Assembly (NCBI GenBank): GCA_001785355.1
Contig: MFTQ01000021.1
Coordinates: 4,033-68,032 of the forward strand
Length of the DNA stretch: 64,000 nt
Reading direction: 5' to 3'
Source of the DNA: Candidatus Nomurabacteria bacterium RIFCSPHIGHO2_01_FULL_41_71
GTDB lineage: Bacteria; Patescibacteriota; Minisyncoccia; Phycocordibacterales; UBA9973
Part shown: positions 1-8,305 of the stretch, piece by piece
Numbering within the stretch: position 1 is the first letter of the stretch
How the letters are laid out: each line of letters opens with the position of its first letter
Notes under the pieces: model-generated
What the model was told of the DNA's origin: nothing
Databases searched by the model: none
The model's input: the letters and a program-made list of their open reading frames with translations, nothing else
Program-made: the position numbers and the translations under genes

Positions 1-1898
1 AAGTCCGAGAAGGTGAACCGTTTAGGAACAGAGAAGCGGTAATGTGTATTGTAAAACATTGGGGAAAAGATGAATATTTATGCCAAGAGTGGAAAGATTT
101 TTCAGGTGTTCGAACTCTTATATCTGGTGGTATAGAACCAGATGAAGATGTTGTTACCGCTGGCAAGCGTGAAATTTTAGAAGAGTCAGGTTTTTTGAAT
201 GCAAAGTTTATCAGGCAATTAGGTGGTTTTTCCTATGTAGAATTTTATCACCAAAGGAAGCAGACAAATATGCGAGCACGCTTCCGCTATCTTTATTTTG
301 AATTAGAAAATGGACAACGGGAAAAAATATCTGATAAAGAAAATAATCAACATCAATTTATCTGGAAAAAACAAAACGAAGTTGTGGATTTTTTAAACAT
401 TTCGGAAAAGGAAAGGATTTGGGAACTTTTTATTAATGGAAAAAAAGAAATTTTTACAGATGTTGGATATTTAGTAAATTCGGATAAGTTTGACGGTCTG
501 GATTCTAAAAAAGCAAAAAAAGAAATTGTAAAATTTATCGGTGCAAAGGAAAAAACAACCTTCAAACTTCGCGACTGGGTTTTTTCTAGGCAAAGGTACT
601 GGGGCGAGCCGATACCGCTCGTATTCTGTGAAAATTGTAGACGTCGGACGTCTCTGGAGACGTCCGACGTCTACAATGCGGGCTGGGTGCCAGTGCCGGA
701 TAAGGACTTGCCGGTTTTACTTCCCAAAGTAAAAACTTACAAGCCACGAGATGATGGCGAATCACCGCTCGCGGGGATGAAATCTTGGGTCAATGTGAAA
801 TGTCCGAAGTGTAAAGGTCCGGCCAGGAGGGAAACAGACACGATGCCGAATTGGGCAGGAAGCTCTTGGTATTTTTTGCGCTATACAGACCCAAAAAATA
901 AAAAAGAATTTGCATCACGGAAAAATCTGGAATATTGGACACCTGTGGATTGGTACAACGGGGGAATGGAGCACACTACTTTACACCTTTTATATTCTCG
1001 TTTTTGGCATAAATTTTTATATGATTTGAAGCTAGTGCCGACTATTGAGCCGTACGCGAAACGTACTTCGCATGGGATGATTTTGGCCGATGATGGGACA
1101 AAATTTTCAAAATCGAAAGGCAACGGAGTAGATCCGGATGATTTGGTAAAAACATACGGCGCAGACACTGTTCGTCTGTATGAAATGTTCATGGGGCCGT
1201 TTGATCAGGCGGTATCTTGGAGCACGGACAGCATGGTAGGACCGCGCAGATTTTTAGAGCGGGTGTGGCATATGTCAAGGACCGTCCTTGACAAACCTCA
1301 TCTCAGTCTTCTCCTGAAAGGAGAGGAGAAAGGGAACCCCTTCCCCTTTCAGGGGAAGGCGGGGGATGAGGTTGAACGCCTGTTGCATAAAACAATTAAG
1401 AAAGTATCGGAAGACATTGAAGCTATGCGTTTCAACACAGCAATTTCTACGCTCATGATTTTTGTGAATGAAATTGCTAAATTTGATTCTATCTCGCGGG
1501 ATGTTTACGAAAGATTTCTAAGGCTTCTGGCTCCGTTTGCTCCGCACATCACAGAAGAACTATGGAAAAATATTCACCTACCTCAAACCCCTTCCGAAGG
1601 AAGGGGCAGAACCGGGGCCAAATCTCTCTCCTTTGGGGAGGGCTCGGTAGAGGTGAAGTCAATTCATTTGAGTGAGTGGCCGAAATGGGACCCGAATTTG
1701 ATCAAAGACGAAGAGGCAAAGATTGTAATACAGGTAAACGGAAAAGTGAGAGCTGAAATTATGGTTAAGACAGACGAGGACGAAGAAACTATTAAACATC
1801 AAGTGTTGAATAGCGGGATTGTTTCTAAATACACCGTTGGCAAAGACCTCAAAAAAATGATTTATGTCAAGCACAGACTTATCAACATCGTGATTTAG
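1..1898 (+). CDS. leuS: Leucyl-tRNA synthetase, 5'-truncated by the window edge; contains a NUDIX-like insertion and in-frame palindrome insertions
   Basis: Motifs LRDWVFSRQRYWGEPIP, RETDTM, YNGGMEH, KFSKSKGN (KMSKS) and C-terminal IQVNGKVR; the frame is open to the window start. Confidence 0.96.
   Translation, partial: VREGEPFRNREAVMCIVKHWGKDEYLCQEWKDFSGVRTLISGGIEPDEDVVTAGKREILEESGFLNAKFIRQLGGFSYVEFYHQRKQTNMRARFRYLYFELENGQREKISDKENNQHQFIWKKQNEVVDFLNISEKERIWELFINGKKEIFTDVGYLVNSDKFDGLDSKKAKKEIVKFIGAKEKTTFKLRDWVFSRQRYWGEPIPLVFCENCRRRTSLETSDVYNAGWVPVPDKDLPVLLPKVKTYKPRDDGESPLAGMKSWVNVKCPKCKGPARRETDTMPNWAGSSWYFLRYTDPKNKKEFASRKNLEYWTPVDWYNGGMEHTTLHLLYSRFWHKFLYDLKLVPTIEPYAKRTSHGMILADDGTKFSKSKGNGVDPDDLVKTYGADTVRLYEMFMGPFDQAVSWSTDSMVGPRRFLERVWHMSRTVLDKPHLSLLLKGEEKGNPFPFQGKAGDEVERLLHKTIKKVSEDIEAMRFNTAISTLMIFVNEIAKFDSISRDVYERFLRLLAPFAPHITEELWKNIHLPQTPSEGRGRTGAKSLSFGEGSVEVKSIHLSEWPKWDPNLIKDEEAKIVIQVNGKVRAEIMVKTDEDEETIKHQVLNSGIVSKYTVGKDLKKMIYVKHRLINIVI
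634..677. repeat. Perfect palindrome (21-bp arms, 2-nt loop) inside leuS
   Basis: ATTGTAGACGTCGGACGTCTC-TG-GAGACGTCCGACGTCTACAAT. Confidence 0.9.
1273..1293. repeat. REP-like palindrome inside leuS with the same core as the RAYT-1 flanking REP
   Basis: TGTCAAGGACCGTCCTTGACA; core CAAGGACCGTCCTTG is identical to 5716-5730. Confidence 0.85.
1294..1373. repeat. GC-rich double-hairpin element inside leuS (copy 1)
   Basis: Outer arms AACCTCATC/GATGAGGTT enclose hairpins TCTCCT-GAA-AGGAGA and CCTTCCCCT-TTC-AGGGGAAGG. Confidence 0.75.
1573..1657. repeat. GC-rich double-hairpin element inside leuS (copy 2)
   Basis: Outer arms TTCACCT/AGGTGAA; inner CCCCTTCC-GAA-GGAAGGGG and CTCTCC-TTTG-GGGAG; same architecture as copy 1. 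Confidence 0.72.
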
Positions 1899-1933
1899 TT
1901 TTTACTTGTATATTTGCAACGATATATAGTATA

Positions 1934-3976
1934 ATGAAAACCATGTGGTCAAATATTTTAGATCGAGTATCTTTTTTATCAATATTTTTAGCAATAATTT
2001 TATTACCGATTTTCTTTCTGCCTTTTACCGGGATACCGATTGAAATTTCAAAAGGATTGCTTTTGGTGGTTGGAATTTCTATTTCACTTATTTTCTGGAC
2101 GATATCCAGGTTTTCGGTGGGCAGGGTAAATTTACCCCGTTCCCCGCTTATCTTCTCCGGCGCGGGAATTGTTTTAGCAGTGTTTTTGTCGGCTTTTTTC
2201 TCGGATGCGCCGGAGATGTCTTTTTTTGGCGTTATCTTTGACTTGGGTACATTTTGGTTTATGTTTGCGGCTTTCATGTTGATGCTTATTTCTTCCATGA
2301 TGGTAAAAGATTCCCAAAATGCTCGAATGCTCTTGTTTGGAGTTATTCTTTCTTCTGTCGTGGTGTCGGTCTTTCAGATTTTTAGGTTCTTCATGCCGGA
2401 AATTTTTTCGTTATCGGTTTTTGAAGGAAAAGCTGGCAATCTCGTTGGATCCTTGAACACCTTGGGGCTTTTAGCCGGTTTTTCCGCCCTAGCCTCTTTG
2501 TTTATTATTGAATTTTTTCCTATTACTAAGCGGATAAAATTTATTCTAGGGGCTTTTATTTTGATTTTCTTGTTTTTGGTTGCTTCCGTAAATTATATTC
2601 TTATTTGGGAGCTTCTGGGAATTTTTTCTTTGCTTATTTTTGTCTATAAAATCTCATTTTTTTCCAGGACTGAAGAAGAAGAAAAAAAGTCTTATTTTCC
2701 AGCTTTTTCTTTTGGAGTATTCATAGTATCGCTTTTATTTTTTATTTCCGGGCAGTTTATAGGGAGTTTCTTGCCCCAAAAGCTTGCTCTTTCCAATACG
2801 GAAGTGAGTCCTTCCATAAGCGGGACTTTCGCGATTATGAAAGAATCTCTAAAAGAAAATCCCGTATTCGGCGTTGGACCCAATAAATTCGGAGAAGCTT
2901 GGGCCATACATAAATCTCTACCCATAAACTCTACCATTTTTTGGGATGTTTTTTTTACTTCCGGGTCCGGGATTTTGCCAACCTTCGCTTCTACTACCGG
3001 AGGGCTTGGCATTTTGTCTTGGCTTGTTTTTTTAGGATTTTTCTTTGTTGAAGGAGTGAAGTCACTTTTTGTAACTATAAAGCAAAACATGAATCGCGAA
3101 GCAGGCATTTTCTTTCTATTATCCTTGTATTTGTTTTCGGCTTGCTTCTTTTATTCCGCGGGCTTGGTGATATTCCTGCTAGCTTTTGCTTTTACCGGAG
3201 TATTTATCGGGCTTTTGTCCAATCGTGAAAAGGGAGAATATCAAATATCGTTTTTAGATGATCACAGAAAAAGCTTTTTTTCCATTCTTTCTTTGGTTGT
3301 GATAATGATAGCTTCCGCGACCGTTGCCTTTAAGTATATAGAGCGTTTCGCTTCCGTTCCGCATTTCCGTAAGTCGGTGCAGACTTCTTCCGTAACTGAA
3401 GCGGAAGCTTCCATAGTTAAAGCTTTGTCACTCTACAACAATGACCTATATTTGAGGACTTATGCTCAGATTTTTCTTGTAAAACTGAATTCTCTTTTGA
3501 GCGAGAATCCATCCGGACTTTCTGATGCGCAAAAGGCGGATTTACAGAAAATGTTCGATCAGGCCGTGCTTGGAGCTTCAGGGGCAATTGCATACAATCC
3601 TAAAAATTATCTGAATCATCAATCCTTGGGCAATGTATATAGTGTGGCGGGGACCCTAGGGGTGGCGAATGCTTATCCAAAAGCGATAGAATCTTTTATG
3701 GCCGCTTCTGACTTAAATCCGCTTAATCCGCGCCTCAAACTTGCCATAGCTCAAATAAATCTTTCCAATAAAAATCAAGAAGAAGCGAAAAAATTCGCGA
3801 ATGAAGCTTTATCTTTGAAGCCGGACTATATTGATGCCATATTGATGCTCTCTCAAGTGGCGAGGGCGGGGGGCGACAGCAAATCGGCTCTTTCTTATGC
3901 TGAACAGGCGCTGTCTCTTTCTCCATCAAACCAGGATCTTTTGAAATATGTGGATTCGCTTAAGGCTGGAAACTAA
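1934..3976 (+). CDS. Polytopic membrane protein (O-antigen ligase/Wzy_C-like) with C-terminal TPR repeats
   Basis: Many transmembrane segments, motif NPVFGVGPNKF, TPR-like helices (ALSLKPDY, ALSLSPSN); the start may be 1943. Confidence 0.7.
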   Translation: MKTMWSNILDRVSFLSIFLAIILLPIFFLPFTGIPIEISKGLLLVVGISISLIFWTISRFSVGRVNLPRSPLIFSGAGIVLAVFLSAFFSDAPEMSFFGVIFDLGTFWFMFAAFMLMLISSMMVKDSQNARMLLFGVILSSVVVSVFQIFRFFMPEIFSLSVFEGKAGNLVGSLNTLGLLAGFSALASLFIIEFFPITKRIKFILGAFILIFLFLVASVNYILIWELLGIFSLLIFVYKISFFSRTEEEEKKSYFPAFSFGVFIVSLLFFISGQFIGSFLPQKLALSNTEVSPSISGTFAIMKESLKENPVFGVGPNKFGEAWAIHKSLPINSTIFWDVFFTSGSGILPTFASTTGGLGILSWLVFLGFFFVEGVKSLFVTIKQNMNREAGIFFLLSLYLFSACFFYSAGLVIFLLAFAFTGVFIGLLSNREKGEYQISFLDDHRKSFFSILSLVVIMIASATVAFKYIERFASVPHFRKSVQTSSVTEAEASIVKALSLYNNDLYLRTYAQIFLVKLNSLLSENPSGLSDAQKADLQKMFDQAVLGASGAIAYNPKNYLNHQSLGNVYSVAGTLGVANAYPKAIESFMAASDLNPLNPRLKLAIAQINLSNKNQEEAKKFANEALSLKPDYIDAILMLSQVARAGGDSKSALSYAEQALSLSPSNQDLLKYVDSLKAGN

Positions 3977-3988
3977 AATGATGGTTGA

Positions 3989-5680
3989 ATGGAAAAGATT
4001 TTCAAGATTTTTGGCAAAGAGTACGAAAATATAAATCAAGCTGCTATTCTCCTGGGGGGTTTTGCTCTTCTCTCTCAGATATTGGGACTTCTTCGGGATC
4101 GTTTACTTGCGCATTTTGTCGGTCCTTCCGCTTCGCTTGATATTTATTATGCGGCTTTCAGGATTCCGGATCTTATCTTCATATCTATTGCATCTCTGGC
4201 CTCTATCACCGTCATTATACCGTTCTTGCAGGAAAAAATGTCTAGTCGTTCAGGCGATGCTTCGATGACGGAGGAGGCGCGAAAATTCCTGAATGATATT
4301 TTTTCGGTGTTTTTTTCGGTGATTATTCTGGTATCGATCTTTGTTTTTTTTCTTATGCCCTATCTTTCTTTTTTTATTGCGCCCGGTTTTACTCCGGAGA
4401 ATCAAGCGCGAGTGATAGAGCTTTCCCGCATTATGCTTCTTTCTCCCATTCTTTTGGGATTATCCAATCTTTTTGGCGCTATTACCCAGATGAATCGCAG
4501 ATTTTTTATTTATGCCCTAAGTCCCATTTTTTATAATCTGGGTATAATCGCCGGTATTTTGTTTTTATATTCTATTTTTGGTTTGCGGGGGCTTGCTTTT
4601 GGAGTGAGTTTGGGAGCTCTAATGCATTTTTTAATTCAAGCTTTTGCTTCTTTCAAATTTGGTTTTTTTCCAAAATTTTCAATTTCTATCAATTTTCAAG
4701 ATATCAGAAAGGCGGTTTTTATTTCCCTACCGAGAACATTGGGGCTATCTGCAAACAACATAGCGCTGATTTTCATTGTGGCTATGGCATCTTTTCTCAA
4801 AAGTGGCTCTATTTCGGTTTTTAATTTATCCTTTAATCTTCAGTCCGTTCCTCTCAATATTGTCGGTATATCCTACGCAGTAGCGGCTTTTCCCACCCTG
4901 GTTAAATCTTTTACTGGCGGGAAAAACAATGAATTTAAAGATCATTTAAAGAGGGCGGGCCGGGCTATTGTATTCTGGTCTATTCCTATCACTTTCATCT
5001 TTATCGTTGCGCGAGCGCAGATTGTGCGGGTGATTCTGGGCTCGCCTTCTTTTTCATGGGAGAATACCAGGCTGGTGGCCGCCTCTCTCGCTATTTTTTC
5101 CGTATCTATTCTGGCGCAGGGTATGGTCGCTCTTTTATCTCGGGCTCATTATGCCAAAGGCAATACCAGACGCCCGCTTGTGGTAAATCTGGTGTCGTCG
5201 ACGGTTATGATATTTTTATCTTATATTCTTTTAAGTTTATTCGAGTCTTGGCCGCTTTTCCGGCACTTTATAGAGTCTATTCTCAAGGTATCGGATATTC
5301 CAGGCACCGCAGTCTTAATGCTTCCGCTGGCTTATGCCCTGGGTACTATATTAAATTTCATCATTCATCTCTACTTTGCCAAGAAAGAGTTTATGGATGG
5401 AGAATCTTTCATATCGAAAACTTTCTTTCAGACACTGGGAGCTTCTTTTTTTATAGGAGTAATGGCGTATTTATCTCTGGGTGTTTTTTCCAATATTTTT
5501 GGCACTACCACCTTCTGGGGAATATTTCTTCAAGGGTTTTTCTCCGTTATATTGGGCATTCTTGCCGGAATAATGGTTTTGCGTTTGCTTGGGAATGAAG
5601 AACTGGAAGAGCTTTTCCGGACTTTCCGAACTAAATTCTGGCGCGCCCGTATTTTACCCCCTTCCCAAGAAGGGCTTTAA
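3989..5680 (+). CDS. murJ: Lipid II flippase MurJ/MviN
   Basis: SQILGLLRDRLLAH, DIYYAAFRIPD, AAFPTL motifs; many transmembrane segments. Confidence 0.92.
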   Translation: MEKIFKIFGKEYENINQAAILLGGFALLSQILGLLRDRLLAHFVGPSASLDIYYAAFRIPDLIFISIASLASITVIIPFLQEKMSSRSGDASMTEEARKFLNDIFSVFFSVIILVSIFVFFLMPYLSFFIAPGFTPENQARVIELSRIMLLSPILLGLSNLFGAITQMNRRFFIYALSPIFYNLGIIAGILFLYSIFGLRGLAFGVSLGALMHFLIQAFASFKFGFFPKFSISINFQDIRKAVFISLPRTLGLSANNIALIFIVAMASFLKSGSISVFNLSFNLQSVPLNIVGISYAVAAFPTLVKSFTGGKNNEFKDHLKRAGRAIVFWSIPITFIFIVARAQIVRVILGSPSFSWENTRLVAASLAIFSVSILAQGMVALLSRAHYAKGNTRRPLVVNLVSSTVMIFLSYILLSLFESWPLFRHFIESILKVSDIPGTAVLMLPLAYALGTILNFIIHLYFAKKEFMDGESFISKTFFQTLGASFFIGVMAYLSLGVFSNIFGTTTFWGIFLQGFFSVILGILAGIMVLRLLGNEELEELFRTFRTKFWRARILPPSQEGL

Positions 5681-5708
5681 AATTAAGCAAGAATTAAGCA
5701 AGGACCGG

Positions 5709-5737
5709 AATTAAGCAAGGACCGTCCTTGCTTAATT
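5709..5737. repeat. REP-like palindrome upstream of RAYT-1, preceded by partial copies from 5681
   Basis: AATTAAGCAAGGACCGTCCTTGCTTAATT, with stuttered half copies AATTAAGCAAG upstream. Confidence 0.9.
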
Positions 5738-5763
5738 GAAATATACAATATATAATATCATGT

Positions 5764-6438
5764 ATGTTACGCAAGGATCCATTTATCACCGGCGAATATT
5801 ATCATCTTTATAATCGTGGTATAGATAAAAGAGTAATATTCAAATCAAAAAAAGACTACGAGCGATTTATCATGCTTTTATATATTGCGAATACACAAAC
5901 AGAATCTTTTCGTTTGGATAATTTAATAAATCAACAGCATAAAACATTTAACGAAATTCTGGTATTAGATAGGGGTGAATTAATCATTTCTATTGGTGCA
6001 TGGTCTCTCATGACAAATCATTTTCATTTAATAGTAAGACAAGAAATCGATGGAGGAATTACTAAATTTATGAGAAAATTGGGGACAGGATACTCTATGT
6101 TTTTTAATATTAAATACCAAAGAACAGGTGCCTTGTTTGGCGGATTATTCAAATCAAAATTAATTGGAGTTGATGATAATTATATGCGACAATTATTCGG
6201 ATATATTCATATTAATCCCTTGGAAATAAAATTTCCTGATTGGCAAAAGCAAATCAAAAAACCTTTTAGTGAGATGAAAAAATTTCTTAGATTATATAAG
6301 TATTCCAGTTATCCCGATTATATTGAAGAGGATAGAGTAGAAAAAAATATATTAAATGCCAAAAATTTTCCTAAGTATTTTAATAATGCAAAATCCTTTA
6401 AAGATTTTATGGATGAATATTTCATCGAAAATAATTAA
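5764..6438 (+). mobile_element. RAYT-like Y1 (HUH) transposase 1
   Basis: YYHLYNRG, MTNHFHL (HUH), RTGALFGGLFKS, YIHINP, YKYSSY motifs; flanked by palindromes. Confidence 0.9.
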
Positions 6439-6443
6439 GCAAA

Positions 6444-6472
6444 AATTAAGCAAGGACGGTCCTTGCTTAATT
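6444..6472. repeat. REP-like palindrome downstream of RAYT-1, inverted relative to the upstream copy
   Basis: AATTAAGCAAGGACGGTCCTTGCTTAATT, preceded by a half copy at 6433. Confidence 0.9.
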
Positions 6473-6540
6473 TAAAGAGGGGCTTTAAAATTGCGATTTT
6501 TATGGTATCATTTAGTTAAGTCCGCCATGCGGGCTGTTTT

Positions 6541-8301
6541 ATGTTTAATTTAAAGGATTCAATTTCATATATATGGCCAATAATCTCAAAATATAAAAGG
6601 TCTTTTTTCTTTATTTATATTTTGTTTATTTCTAGACCACTTTTATCTAATACTATTGTTCCAATTTTCTACAAAAAAATTATAGATTTAGTTGTTACTC
6701 CAGGTGTTGATAAGTCGTTATTAACAAATTCACTTTTTAAATATGTTGCCATGATTGCTGTATCTTTTGCTATGGCTAATATTTTTATGCGCTGGGGGCA
6801 ATTTCTCGTTACTAGATTTCAATCTAGTGTCATGAAAAATTTAATGGATTTAACTTTTTCTAAACTACAAAATCACTCGTACACATTTTTTGCCGACAGT
6901 TTTTCTGGATCATTGGTAAATAAATCAAAAAAGTTTGTTAAATCGTTTGAAACCGTACACGATATCATTCTTGATAATTTTTGGCAACCATTTATTGCCT
7001 TTTTGTCTATTTTTATAGTGTTTTTTATACAATCTTATCCTATTGCACTGGTCTTTTTTGTAGTTTATCTTTTGTATTTCTTAATTATAATTTCTATGTC
7101 TAAAAAAACAATACAAGCGTATATAGAAAAAGCACAGGCCGATTCAAAAGTTACAGGATACATAGCTGATGCCTTGGTAAATATCTTAGCCACTAAAGCA
7201 TCTTCTGCATCTGCAAGAGAAATTGAAAGTTTTAAGATTGTAACAGCCGAAGAAGATTTTTTACGTTTTAGGGCATGGAATATGGCCAATAAACAACAAA
7301 TTGTGCAATCAATTCTTATTGTTTTTGTTCAAGTTTTCTGTGTATTCTTGGCTGTAGAACTTTGGATTTCTGGTAAAATAACAGCCGGTATGTTTTTACT
7401 AATTCAAAGTTATTCTATAACTCTTGGTAATTATTTTTGGGATTTAGGTAGATCAATGATTAGATTTACTGAAGCAACATCAGATATGAAAGAAATGATT
7501 GATATATTTAAAAAAGTTCCAGATGTACTTGATCCAGAAAAACCAGAGATTTTAAAGATAAAAGATGGAAACTTAGAGTTAAAAGATGTTTCCTTTAATT
7601 ATCTTAATGGTACTGAGGTATTAAATAATTTTTCACTTAAAATTAATAAAGGAGAAAAAGTTGGATTGGTGGGTCATTCCGGTTCTGGAAAATCAACTAT
7701 TACTAAACTCTTAATGCGTTTTGTTGATATATCTGAAGGGGAAATTTTAATTGACGGACAAAACATCAAAAATATAACCCAAGATGATTTAAGAAAAAAT
7801 ATCTCATATATTTCCCAGGAACCTATTTTGTTTCATAGAAGTATAAGAGACAATATTGCTTATAGTAAACCAGAAGCAAATGAAGAACAAATTATAGAGT
7901 CCTCTAAGGCGGCTCACGCAGACGAGTTTATTTCAAGATTAATTATGGGGTACAATACTTTTGTTGGTGAAAGAGGAGTTAAACTCTCCGGCGGAGAGAG
8001 ACAGAGGGTGGCTATAGCGAGAGCAATGTTAAAAGATGCACCAATTCTTATTCTTGATGAAGCGACAAGTTCGTTAGATAGTATTAGCGAGTCTTATATT
8101 CAGGACGCCTTTAATGAGTTAATGAAAGGCAAGACAGCAATAGTGATAGCTCATAGATTGTCCACCGTGCAAAAAATGGACAGGATTATAGTGCTTGATA
8201 AGGGGAAGATAGTGGAAGAAGGAACCCATAAAGAGCTTTTGACCAGAAACGGCTTTTATGCGGATTTATGGAATCATCAAACGGGCGGATTTCTGGAATA
8301 A
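6541..8301 (+). CDS. ABC exporter, fused transmembrane and ATPase domains
   Basis: Walker A GHSGSGKS, signature LSGGERQR, Walker B ILILDEAT, H-loop IAHRLST. Confidence 0.93.
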   Translation: MFNLKDSISYIWPIISKYKRSFFFIYILFISRPLLSNTIVPIFYKKIIDLVVTPGVDKSLLTNSLFKYVAMIAVSFAMANIFMRWGQFLVTRFQSSVMKNLMDLTFSKLQNHSYTFFADSFSGSLVNKSKKFVKSFETVHDIILDNFWQPFIAFLSIFIVFFIQSYPIALVFFVVYLLYFLIIISMSKKTIQAYIEKAQADSKVTGYIADALVNILATKASSASAREIESFKIVTAEEDFLRFRAWNMANKQQIVQSILIVFVQVFCVFLAVELWISGKITAGMFLLIQSYSITLGNYFWDLGRSMIRFTEATSDMKEMIDIFKKVPDVLDPEKPEILKIKDGNLELKDVSFNYLNGTEVLNNFSLKINKGEKVGLVGHSGSGKSTITKLLMRFVDISEGEILIDGQNIKNITQDDLRKNISYISQEPILFHRSIRDNIAYSKPEANEEQIIESSKAAHADEFISRLIMGYNTFVGERGVKLSGGERQRVAIARAMLKDAPILILDEATSSLDSISESYIQDAFNELMKGKTAIVIAHRLSTVQKMDRIIVLDKGKIVEEGTHKELLTRNGFYADLWNHQTGGFLE

Positions 8302-8305
8302 ATAT

